Below are positions 11,507-22,688 of a DNA stretch of 32,000 nt, piece after piece; the stretch's first letter is position 1, and each line of letters starts with the position of its first letter. Where the stretch lies: positions 16,273-48,272 of the forward strand of contig BAAFSQ010000060.1 of NCBI GenBank assembly GCA_054661495.1. The letters run 5' to 3'. The translations under genes were made by a program, and so were the position numbers. Source of the stretch: Zygophlyctis sp. KS116. Taxonomy: Eukaryota > Fungi > Chytridiomycota. The notes below the pieces were generated by a model, which was not told the DNA's origin, ran no database searches, and was given only the letters and a program-made list of their open reading frames with translations.

Positions 11507-12782
11507 ATGGCTTTAAAGGGAATTAGAATTTTAGATCTTACTCGTATTCTGGCAGGGCCTTATTGCTCAATGATCTTGGGTGATATGGGTGCAGAAGTAA
11601 TTAAAGTTGAGCATCCAATAAACGGAGATGATACAAGGAAATGGGGACCGCCGTTTCTAAAATCAATAGATCAGTCTTGTACTGAGAGTGCATACTTTCT
11701 AGGCGTCAATAGAAATAAGCAAAGTATTGCTGTAGATCTTAAACATTCAATGGGCGTCGATGTAATCAAAAGGATCGCTAATGTCTCGGATGTTGTCATT
11801 GAGAACTATTTGCCAGGGAAATTAGATCAACTTGGATTGGGTTATTCTGATTTATCTAGAAATAATAAGGGACTCATTTATGCTTCGATTACTGGATATG
11901 GACCAACAGGTCCTTTTGCAAATAAACCAGGATACGATGTTATCATTGAAGCAGAGGCAGGTTTAATGCATATTACAGGAGAGAATTCAAGACCTCCAGT
12001 AAAAGTAGGAGTTGCAATTACGGATTTAACAACTGGATTATATGCACATGGTGCTATTTTAGGGGCGCTTTTGGCTAGATCAAAGTCTGGAAAAGGTCAA
12101 AAAATAGATGTTTCATTATTGGAATGTCAGGTAGCTAATTTAGCAAATATAGGACATAACTATTTGATTGGTGGTTTAGAGGCAGATCGACTTGGGACTG
12201 AACATCAGTCCATTGTTCCTTATCAAGTAATCATAGTTGTCTGATGATATTTAGGCTTTTAAGAGTTCAAATGGCTATATAGTGATTGGAGCAGGGAATG
12301 ACTCTCAATTTGCTAAATTATGCAAATGTTTAAATTTAGAATATTTGATTTCAGATTCAAGGTTTTTAACAAATCAAGATCGAGTTAAAAACCGGGAAGC
12401 ATTGGTAATTTCTTAAATTTAAATTTTTTAATAGGTGTCAATCATACTGGAAGTCACATCCAAAGAAACAACAGAGACTTGGTTAAACATTTTGGAGGGT
12501 TCTGGGATTCCTTATGGTCCTGTAAATAATATTTCTCAAACTTTTTCTCATCCTCAAGTCAAACATCGGTCAATGATACAAGAAGTAAATCATCCTTTAG
12601 TTGGAACGATCAAATTGATTGGACCCGCAGTCAAGTACTCTGACACGCCATGTACTATTCGTTCTCCTCCTCCTCTATTGGGACAACATACTAAACAAGT
12701 TTTGCAAGAAATTTGTAAATTTAATCAAGATGAAATCAATGATCTGATTAGAAATGGAGCGGTTTCTGCACACGAGGGGTAA
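11507..12782 (+). CDS. Family III (CaiB/BaiF) CoA-transferase, succinate:hydroxymethylglutarate CoA-transferase-like
   Basis: [58 protein letters not shown] and PPLLGQHT. Introns 12227-12254 and 12405-12434. Confidence 0.92.
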
Positions 12783-12852
12783 GTTTGTTTATATTTACAT
12801 TGCAGATGAGGCGTTTGGAGGCATTTTGTTTACAATCTTTTTCATAAAACTT

Positions 12853-13422
12853 ATGAGATATTCTTTAAGAAGCAGAAAGGATAAGCGTCCAGTATCGGCA
12901 GAGGAACCTCCAGCCGATATTGTTAAAAAGACCAAAATCATTAAAACTACAACAAAAGTCAAGCCAAAAGATCAAACAAACCATGATTCAAAAGAGTTGA
13001 CAAAGAAAGTACAGATGAAACATATCATTCGTCCATCACTCCCAATCTCTGATGCAAAGCAAAGATTAATAAGAGAATTGTCATTCGTACAGGGTAAACC
13101 ATCAGAGATCAAGGAAAAATCCAAAACTAAAAAGAAATTAGTTCTTCATAAGATTGATTTGAAAGGATCTGGAAAGATCCACAAATCATCTCAAATGGAT
13201 GGAAAACATCTCAGCAAAATATTGTTGGGAAAAGTCCAACAGTTAAATTCGGACATTACACCTTCGATAGCAAAAGCTAGAGACCATGCATCTCCAGCAA
13301 AATTAGCGATCCAGACTGAGATATTGAAACGAGCAGTTCTCAAAGAGATTAGACAAGCGGCGGACAAAAGTAAGAAATCCGCCGCAAAATCTCCAATAAA
13401 ATCTCCTCTAAAAGGTCGTTAA
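12853..13422 (+). CDS. Hypothetical Lys-rich protein with S-P-x-K motifs
   Basis: Open frame from ATG 12853, very basic, with SPAK/SPIK/SPLK. No family recognised. It may be the 5' part of the next gene. Confidence 0.5.
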   Translation: MRYSLRSRKDKRPVSAEEPPADIVKKTKIIKTTTKVKPKDQTNHDSKELTKKVQMKHIIRPSLPISDAKQRLIRELSFVQGKPSEIKEKSKTKKKLVLHKIDLKGSGKIHKSSQMDGKHLSKILLGKVQQLNSDITPSIAKARDHASPAKLAIQTEILKRAVLKEIRQAADKSKKSAAKSPIKSPLKGR

Positions 13423-13456
13423 ATAGAGTCTATTTTTTAAATTGATTGAAATTGCC

Positions 13457-14135
13457 ATGTCGTCTATTGTTGAATCAAAGAATATCAAGGAATTGAAAGA
13501 AGAAATACTGGAAAATAAGCAAATTAAAGTCTCTATGGAAACGGTAAAGGAAACGCGTCTAGAGCTCATAGTTCAGACATTTGTGGATAATATCATACTC
13601 ACTGCATTAGCTGAAATTAAAAGTACTCTTCAGATTACTAAAATCAATGCTCAAGTCTCTTGTTTACGATTAAGTCCGAGTAAAAGAACTCATAAGGACT
13701 TTCTGGATGATGATTTTATAAATAATGCGCCGTTAATCATATTTCAGGACTCTAAACAATCTGAATCAATCTCAGATTGCTCAAAGACTGCAAATAAAAC
13801 TCCTAGTCAAAAAGTAGTTGATTTTGCTAATCCTGATCAGCGGTACTTATGGGACAAGGAAAACTATGATCCAATTAAAAAACAATACTCAACTGATCGA
13901 AAAAAGAGAATCAAGGGTCTATCGGACAATAAGGGTAATAACAGTAGAATTCCATTGGCAGATCTAACACAAAAAAATCTAGTGGTAATAATCATTTCTA
14001 AATTTTTAGGAATCTAATAGTAATTCTCTTCTCAGTAGACCGGCACGATTTATTGTAAGACCAAAATCTCCCAAGAAACCTAGTACTAACAGAAATGAAT
14101 CTACAAAATCTGTTAGTTTGCTCAGAATGCGTTAA
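13457..14135 (+). CDS. Hypothetical protein with KEN box, D-box-like RxPLxDLT and C-terminal MR tail
   Basis: DKENYDP and RIPLADLT. Intron 13985-14009 leads to a last exon ending SVSLLRMR*. Confidence 0.6.
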
Positions 14136-14166
14136 CTGTATTTAAATCTGTTCAATAAATCTCGCT

Positions 14167-15208
14167 TTATTTCTTAATCTTTTCAGTTAATTCTGGAACT
14201 GCCTTGAATAAATCAGCCACTAATCCATAATCTGAAACTTGAAATATTGGAGCTTCAGGATCCTTATTGATGCAAACAATCGTTTTTGAATCTTTCATTC
14301 CAGCTAGATGCTAAAGATTAAATATTAATAAACACCTGAATAGCTCCAGAAATCCCGACTGCGATATATAAGCTTGGAGCAACAATCTTTCCAGTTTGCC
14401 CAACTTGTAAATCATTTGGAACAAATCCAGCATCAACTGCAGCTCTAGATGCGCCAACAGCTCCACCCAATTTATCTGCCAAATCGTATAAAATCTTGAA
14501 ATTCTCTCCAGATTTCAAACCTCTTCCTCCACCAATAACAACAGTAGCACTTCCTAATTCTGGTCTATCAGATTTTGAAAGTTCTTCAGACACCCATTTA
14601 GTAGATTGTTTCAAGTCTGATGGAATACTTAAATTTTCTACTGATCCTTTTCCACCTGTAGCTTCAGCTGGCGGAAAAGCAGTTGTCCGAACAGTAATTA
14701 TTTTAACATCATCTGTTGATTTTACTTTTGCAATAGCATTCCCTATCCATAAATAAAAACTCTTCTCACCAGCATAAAATGGTCTTGTAAACGTTTCCGC
14801 ATCATCAATCTTGATAACATCAGAAATTTGTGCTACATCCAACAATGCAGCAACTCTTGGCATAACATTTTTACCAAAGGCCGAATGTGGAGCAATTACA
14901 TGACTAAACCCACCACTTTTAATCGCAGATACAATTAAAGGCCCACAAGTCTCTGGCAAATTGTATTGCAACAATGGAGAAGAAGCAACAAGTACTTTAT
15001 CAACAGCGGATACATTAGATAATGCCTTTGCAACTGCATCCAACTCTTTACCGTTACCACTCACCAATGCGGTTACGGAACCAACTTGTTTAGCAGCCGT
15101 CAAAGTATTCAGAGTATGTCCTGCAAACTTACCATTCTGATGTTCTACAACTACTAAAGTTGACGCAAAACATCTCGATAGCTTTAAAGTTGACTGATTG
15201 AATCTCAT
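14167..15208 (-). CDS. ETFA: Electron transfer flavoprotein alpha subunit, mitochondrial
   Basis: Presequence, [23 protein letters not shown] and [18 protein letters not shown]|HLAGMKDSK. Introns 14743-14769 (in frame) and 14311-14335. Confidence 0.97.
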
Positions 15209-15223
15209 CAAAAATATTTTTTT

Positions 15224-15915
15224 ATGGATAATTGGTATAGTAAAGCTAGCGAATATTGGTCAAAAATTCCAGGTAATAACTAATAATAACTAATATTTAA
15301 GCGACTGTCGATGGAGTTTTAGGAGGATATGAATCTATTTCTGATATTGATCTTGAATCATCTCTAGAGTTTTTATCTCCATTTTACTCAAAAGACTCTA
15401 TAGAATCCAAAGATTCAAAGGCTCCTAGTATATCTTGTGATTGCGGTGCTGGAATCGGAAGAGTTACAAAAGGACTACTAGTTAAATTATTTGATAAAGT
15501 AGATTTAGTAGAATCAAATCCAAAGTTTATTCAAGAAGCAAAATCCAATTATTTAAGTGATTTATCTGATAATATTGGACTTTATATTCAAGTTGGGCTA
15601 GAAGATTTTAATCCATTACCTTCAAGATACAATTTAATCTGGTGTCAATGGGTTTTGGGACATTTAAAAGATTCTGATTTAATTCTATTTCTAAAAAGAT
15701 GTAAGAATAGACTCAGTCAAGGAGGAATGATTGGAATTAAAGAAAATGTAACAAGAGTTGGGACTGAAGTTGATCCTATTGACTCTTCCGTTACACGATC
15801 AGACATTATATTAAAGGAAATCTTTATCAAGGCAGGATTAGAAATAGTAAAGGAACAAGTTCAAGTAGGATTTCCAAAGGAACTCTATTCAGTCAAGATG
15901 TATTTATTAAAATAG
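15224..15915 (+). CDS. NTMT1: Alpha-N-terminal protein methyltransferase (NTMT1/Tae1)
   Basis: WYSKASEYWSKIP|ATVDGVLGGY, DCGAGIGRVTK, IWCQWVLGHL, IKEN and DSSVTR. Intron 15273-15301. Confidence 0.93.
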
Positions 15916-15988
15916 ATTCACCTTTTGACAAGTGCAGATCTCGTGGCCATGGAATTGAATCACATGATGGCCGACAGAGGAATTCAAA

Positions 15989-16621
15989 ATGAGAAATCCA
16001 GTCTCTGTAATTGGTATGGACTTTGCTCCAAAAGACCAGAAAATACTATTAAATAATGATATACATCTAGATAGAGACATCGAAATTGTATCGAGACTTT
16101 GGCTGAAGCTACAGAATCAGGATGATTTGGAAATTCCTGGGATAAAGGATCAGGATGATTTACTAGTGGGAATGTTTTGGAGAAGAAGAAATCTCAAGGG
16201 AATCATACCAACAGACATTGGGAAACTGATACATCTGAATTGGTTGTACTTTTTTATTTTTTAACTGTAAGAAGAATGGACTCGAATTCATTGATTGGAA
16301 GAATTCCACCACAAATTGGGTTTCTTACTAACTTAAAAGAGTTGAATCTATACAGAAATCAACTAACTGGATGCATTCCTTCAGAGATTGGAAATTTGAG
16401 AAATTTACAATGGCTGTAATACTCTCACATTTAACAATAGTGCATTGAATAGTAATCGGTTAACTGGAAGTATCCCTCCAGAGATTGGAAATCTAAAATT
16501 ATTGCGATATCTAAACGTGTCGAATAATTTGTTAACTGGAAAAGTACCGAGAGAATTACAAGATTTGAAAAATTTAGAATTATTGGATGTTTCAGATAAT
16601 CAACTTGAAGAGGCTGTTTAG
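15989..16621 (+). CDS. Small leucine-rich-repeat protein (plant-specific LRR subtype, about 5 repeats)
   Basis: Repeats of LxxLxLxxNxLTGxIPxEIGNL. Introns 16246-16271 and 16416-16440 lie at the same position within the repeat. Confidence 0.85.
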
Positions 16622-16667
16622 AATCTTGAAATAAAATGGGTTTTTGATTCTTATACTGTTTTTTGAA

Positions 16668-19600
16668 CTACTCTTCAAAAATAACTTCAATTATAGAGTC
16701 CAAAAGGGTAAATATAATATGACGATTAAGAACTGAGGACTGGAAAATGTCAATTATTCTTCCAACTCCAGTTTGCGTGGCTTCAGTGCCAAGAAATCTT
16801 GTAAAGGCATCCGGCCAAACTGAAAATAATTTGGATTTCATTTCATTCCTTGAGATATTTTCATGGAGAGCTGACTTGAAATTTTCTTCGCTTTTAGATG
16901 GTGGTTTTTTGGTTGATTCTGTAGTATTAAGGCGCTCGATGTTGGCTCTAGTTAGGATTTTGCAAAAAAAGTCCTCCGTCATGTAATTACCAAGCAAATC
17001 TGAAATCTCGCTTTCAAGACCCATCATACCCCCAAAGCATTGCTTTAATAGCATAGCAGATGCAGTCTTTTTTAAGAAAAGGTCTCGTTCTTTTATATCA
17101 AACAGTTCAATCAAAACTCCACATAGAGGGTCAGACAACACTCCAAAAGAAATTGAATTGTCTTGATCGGTTTGATCTTCATTTAAACATCCCCAGTCTC
17201 CATCATCTTCTTCGTCAGTACTTTCATCCTCAGGTGATTGTGCCAATATCTCTCCCGTACTAGAAGATACTTTATCATTGTCTAGTTCCTCTCTACTCAA
17301 ATGTAGTTTCCTTTTAGCAGTGCCAACAAATTTGGCAAATTTTTGTGCCCCTGATTTTATGTTATAATTATGAACATCATTAAAAGACTCCACTGTACTA
17401 TATTTCTTTCTTTTGTATTCCACAGAGGAAAGAAAACTGCGTAACTCATCACTTTGACACACTAAGGGGTTATCAATCAATCTTTGGAGATATTTCTCTA
17501 AAGCAGCCATTCTTTCCTTCTTCAATTGCTCTCTTTCAGCCTTTGAATGAAAAATACTATAATTTTTTCCAGGCAGATCAAATTCATGCACAATCGGAAA
17601 CTTTTCCTTGAGCTTTTTATGTAGCCAAAGGAATTCATTATATCGTCTTTTTACTACCCAGCGTCTTGGGCCGCTCTCTTTATGTACAAGTATCTCATAA
17701 AAAGTAACTCTTTTCTGTTCTCGAATAGATTCAGTTGCTCGAGTAATGCGCACGATGCAAAGGCCCTTAATTGTCAAATAAGTAATAATTACCGGAACAA
17801 TAGCTTCTTTTTGCTCTTGGGTTTGATACTTAATCCTTTCTGAATTCAAATCATTCATTTCCTGCCGAATAAGAGCCTGAGACTGTTCGAGAATATGAAT
17901 TTGCATAATTTGAGCTGGAGCAGGCAGATTGTTAGTCGGAGATGAACAATTCAGTAGTAAAACATTCAGAATATCCAGTTGTTGCAGATTTCGATCTAAA
18001 TCCTCTTTAATTTGCTGTAACTTTGTCGAGTTATATAAAATATCGCTATTTTGGGAATCTAAACCTGACAAAAGCGAACTTTCTTTTTGATTGTCGTCGA
18101 ATAATATGTCCCCATCTAAAGCATCGACATCGAGGACGTCCTCTACAGCGTTGAAAAGCAATAAATCGGAAGCTTCCCAAGCCTCAGTATCTTTGTAAGA
18201 TTTAGAACCAGTCAATCTTAATGATTCGTGCTCCAATTCCAATTCCAACTGACTCAGTATTATACTATTTTCTAAAGGAAATTCTCCTGCAGTTTCCTTT
18301 AAATGAGGATTCGAAGAAGAAACGTTTTCGCTGGAGGCTTCTCCCTTCTCTAACTCCGAAGCTAATTTAAAGTAGTGATCAGAGTCAAGAAACTGATGAA
18401 AACTGATTTGCAATTCATCAAATACTATACCCTGACATTTGAATATAGCCAAACATGCTTCAAGTAGATGTTCGGGCAATTGGGTGAGGCTAAACACATC
18501 TATAGCCTTTAACACGTCATTAAGACCGTAAAAAGTACTGGCAGAATATGCTCTGTAAATCTTTTGAATTTCTCGCTGAATTGGTTCTGAAGTATCCAAC
18601 GAGTTTGGAACTTTCCATTGAGAGTAAACTCGTCGTAAATTTGAAGCGGCAATCCAAAATCTAATCATGTCTATATCTCCCTCCTGTTCCATAAACTCTA
18701 AAAAATAGAAAAGTCTTGAAGAAGCTTCACTCCCAATTTCATACCCAATAGCCAGATATTCATCCAATAACGACCTTAGAGAAAGAAGAGGCTTGTATTT
18801 GCTTTTTAAAGTCTTTTTTTTAGTCTTGATATTATAAAACTATAATTACCAAGACCATTTTTTCATCTTCAAGAGTTAAAAATGTAATTCTTTTTTCCAA
18901 TTTTGATTTAACTCCATCTAAAGCTTTTAGATATTTTTTAAGCGTTTCAAAAGAATCTGATTTCTTATTTGAAGCTTCGTCTATATTAATTTAATTTGAT
19001 TTAAATTACTTGCTTCCTGTAATCTAGATCGTAGCTCTAATATTATCTGATGATGAATAGCTTTCAAATCAATCACGCATTTTGATTTTTTTGCATATTT
19101 TGAAAGACCTTCAAAATATCTTATCATAAATACTAGTTAAAATACCTATATTTACTAGCCAAACTAACCGCAGCATTTTTCTGATTTTTCATTCTTAAAA
19201 ATCTTGGCGGAAATTGCGTAAAATGAGTCTGTAACTGTGATCTGAATGCCTTGACTGATGTTTGAGCTATAAATCTTTTAATTGCCTAGAATATTAGTAT
19301 TACTTGATAGACCCCAAATTTCAATTTACAGTTATTAGTGCATTTATCAATTCAGGATAATATTTTTAGAATACTTTACCTTTTCTGAAATAAAATTATT
19401 CAAAACCTCTGGTTTTGACCATTTATCAATCCAGCCCCAAATCCCAAAACATGCCAAAACTTCTCTAAAAAGCAACCTTGACAACTTATTCCCTGGTGTC
19501 TCTTTCCAACCCCATCTATAAAACACCTGATCTACCAAGAGTCTAATATAAGCCTTTTCCTGATCTGGAGAACCAACCGCAGGATGTATATAACCCTGTT

Positions 19601-20300
19601 TTACAAATTTACAAGAAATTTGAAGCAATAATTGATCTAAATCCTGACTTGGATACACTCCATCTCCTCCCGTCTCTCTAGTATAAAAATCCCATCCATT
19701 AATTTCATCTTGTGAATTATAATCATCCAAATGACTTTTAAGTTCTGGTGTTTGTACTTTTTCTTCTTTTGAGATTTCTGATTTTTTAAATTGACTTGCA
19801 GACAAATTCTCTTTGAGTGTCTCTTTTCGTAATTTTTTAAAAATTTTAAAAAATTTTAAAATTTCAGACCAGAACCTTACCCATATTCTCAACTCTAACC
19901 TTTCTTCTTTACAGTCTATAAATCCTTGAGAGACTGACATTGCAATTTCTCCTATACTCTCTAAATGACACGTTGGAGACTGCAATTCCATTTTTAAAGG
20001 AATTTTCAGTCCTTGTACTACTAAATTATCTAATAATAATAAAATAGACTTTTGTAGTCTTTGTAGAGGTAAAGAAGAGTCTAAAAACTCTGTTATTTCT
20101 TGTAAATTTTGTATTTTTCTTGGAGGAAAAACAAGTCCAAATTTTTTTTTAATTTCTAAAGACTTTAAATTAGAGTTTAAAAGTCCAGTAATAGTCCAAA
20201 TTCCTAATAGGAATAATCCTATTTTAGCTAGAAATGGAATAAATAAATGTAGATATGGACTTATCGTAATTCCTACTAAAAATATTCCATATTGAGACAT
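16668..20300 (-). CDS. Sorting nexin of the PXA-RGS-PX-PXC type (Mdm1/SNX13-14-25 family)
   Basis: N-terminal hydrophobic segment, PXA-like EKAYIRLLV..LFREVLAC, RGS-like FLEFME..IRFWIAA, PX VKRRYNEF..LEKYLQ and PXC LNRHIIFTLLD. In-frame intron 17766-17792. Several introns between 18770 and 19380 were not resolved. Confidence 0.85.
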
Positions 20301-20321
20301 TTTACGTGGAATTTTTAACAA

Positions 20322-20695
20322 TTATTTCAGACTAAAAGAAGTTTTACAACCACAAGAATTTTCTGCCAATGGATTTTCTATAATCACAAAGGAAGCTATA
20401 AAATAAAATAAATAAAATTACATCCTATTAATTCTTGAGAATAATCAAGAGTAGATCCTTTAATATAATCTAGAGAAATCTCATCTACAACTACTCGAGT
20501 GTCTTGTTGAGAAAATACAATATCATCTTTAGAAATTTGTTTAGGAATTTCCATCTTGTATTGAAATCCAGAGCATCCGCCAGAGTCTACAGAGATTCGA
20601 AGAGGAGAATTTATGATTTTAAGTTGTTGTATGGCTCTTGATGTGATTTTCAAGTCTTTACAAACTGAATCAGACAGAAATTTCTTTAAAATCAT
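20322..20695 (-). CDS. ISA2: Iron-sulfur cluster assembly A-type protein (ISCA2/Isa2)
   Basis: LRISVDSGGCSGFQY and GSTLDYSQELIG. Intron 20396-20421 leads to ENP..SCGCKTSFS. Confidence 0.9.
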
Positions 20696-20746
20696 CAACC
20701 AACCCAGACTCTAAATCTAAAACTAAAACTGAAAGAAACTTTTGCG

Positions 20747-20784
20747 TGAAATATCTGGAATTTTCCACATTTAAACTATAAAAG
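20747..20784 (+). promoter_or_regulatory. Heat-shock element plus TATA box upstream of HSP20
   Basis: tGAAa-tATCt-gGAAt-tTTCc at 20747-20766 is four alternating nGAAn units with one mismatch. TATAAAAG lies at 20777-20784, 38 nt before the ATG. Confidence 0.7.
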
Positions 20785-20822
20785 AGCAAGCTTTTAATAA
20801 AAGTTTTTAAAATTTTAAGAAA

Positions 20823-21309
20823 ATGTCATTACTAAGAAGAGCATTTCCTGAATTGCGATCAGTCTTTCCTAGAGCTGGTTCAATGTTTCCAAGTACTAGA
20901 AGAGCAAGTCCGATCGACTCTTTCTTTGATGATCCATTCTTCAATGCAGTGCAGACTCAAGGACCTGCACTAAATGTCATTGAGAATAAAAATGATTTTT
21001 TGGTTGAAGTAGAGGTTCCAGGTTTTTCAAAGGATAAATTAGATCTAAACGTGCAGGATGATACTCTAACAGTCTCGGGATCAATAGAGTCGCAGCCATT
21101 AGATGAGAATTCTAGGGCTTGGAATACAGAGGTAAACTAGTGATTTTGATTTTTAGAGATATTCTGGGTCTTTTAGTAGATCATTGTCTTTTCCAGGGTA
21201 TAAACTGGATCCCGAAAAGATGTCGGCAAATCTACAAAATGGGATTTTGAAGATTTCTCTGCAAAAAGAGCAGACTTTAGGAACAAAGGTTGAAATTTCT
21301 GGAGAATAA
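20823..21309 (+). CDS. Small heat-shock protein (HSP20/alpha-crystallin domain)
   Basis: PALNVIE..VEVEVPGFSK, then intron 21132-21156, then E|RYSGSFSRSLSFP..ANLQNGILKISL. Confidence 0.93.
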
Positions 21310-21486
21310 ATTTAAAATTTCTCTGTTTTTGAATGGATCAAGTTGTTTTTCCTTTTTACATGTTTTTTTACCGTTTTATGAACATGTCCGAATTTATTCA
21401 TTTTTCTAAAACAGTGTCCGAAATTAAGAATTATCCCAGGATTGTCAATCAATGATTTTAAATCGTGCACACCATCTGTCAAGTAT

Positions 21487-22624
21487 ATGTTTTTATTATT
21501 TTTGTTACTGGTTAGTACGGTATCAGCTGCAGGAGATCAGGATTTTTATAATCTAAAGACTGCTTTGCAAGACTTATTCATTAGGAATCCAAGAATGATA
21601 CCATTATCAGTACGATTGGCATTTCATGATCTATTTCATCAAAAGAAAGTTGGAGGACGGGGATGTATTCAAAATCTGGATTTCTTAAATCTTGATGGTA
21701 ATGCTGGATTAGCTCATCCTGTCAATATATTAAAACAGATTGTAAATGGACCGCAATTTCAAGATTCAGGTTTTAATTTTGGAGATGTGGTTGCTTTTGC
21801 TGGCAAAATTGCTGTCGAAGCAGCTTATCCTTGTATTCATATCCCGTTCAAATATAATCGTGAGGATTGTTTAGAACAAGCTCCGATTCAAGATCTACAG
21901 AGTCAAATTCCAAGTGGGTTTCAAACTGATTTGCAATCTATAGAATTGAATTTAGTATATCTCGGATTAACTATGAGTGAATTTGCGATTTTGATTGCTG
22001 GGGCTCATGGCATCAAAGGATCACAATCACATGCAGAGTTGTCTGGATTTTCTGCAACTTTTTCTGATTTTAGCTCTGGGAAAAATTACATTGGTCAGAC
22101 TCTGAATAGTAAATGGGATCTTACAACAAAAGGGCCTGTTGGAGCATTTTTGACTAGAGTTGGCTTGAAAAGATTGGTTCGTCTGCCATTTGAAATATTT
22201 CTCTATTCATCTTCTACACAAGTCCAGGAATCCTTGAATTTCACTCAAAGAAGAGAAATATTTGAACTGAAAAATATCTTGAATAGTTATGCATCGAATC
22301 CAAGATATGTCTTTGATCAGGCATTTGCAATCACTTTTGGAAAATTGATGATGATCAGTGGAGGTACTCAAGAACATTTGGAGCGAAACAGTACTTTGCA
22401 GGCATGCTATGAGTTGGGAGAGGTAAATGCACTCTTATTTAAAATGAAAGGTTCCTGAAAATACGATTAGAAAAAGCGACGATCCATCTGCCACGGCTTA
22501 TTCATTGGCCACAAGCACCGCAGAAATATCGTCATCAAAACAAGGTATCGAACGAATTTCGAATCAAAATTCTAAAAATACTTCTATAGCCTGGCTTTTA
22601 TTTGTATGGAATCTATTGTTATAA
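21487..22624 (+). CDS. Heme peroxidase 1 (peroxidase-catalase superfamily), signal peptide, probable GPI-anchor tail
   Basis: Distal RLAFHD, NAGL and proximal GAHGI. Intron 22423-22450 opens an S/T-rich exon ending IAWLLFVWNLLL* at 22624. The unspliced stop is at 22458. Confidence 0.8.
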
Positions 22625-22688
22625 GATGGGTTGATGTCATGAATAATGGCATGACATGCCGTTTTTGTCACATTTTTTCTTGAAATAG

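Noticed and set aside
11480-11520. RPP40 and CoA-transferase fusion by splicing
   Set aside because: The available donor and acceptor pair gives an immediate in-frame stop.
494-17263. Short ORFs 494-688, 829-1020, 4964-5206, 7566-7751, 8663-8932, 14496-14756, 16747-16986 and 17060-17263
   Set aside because: Each fully overlaps a well-supported gene on another frame or strand and has no recognisable motifs.
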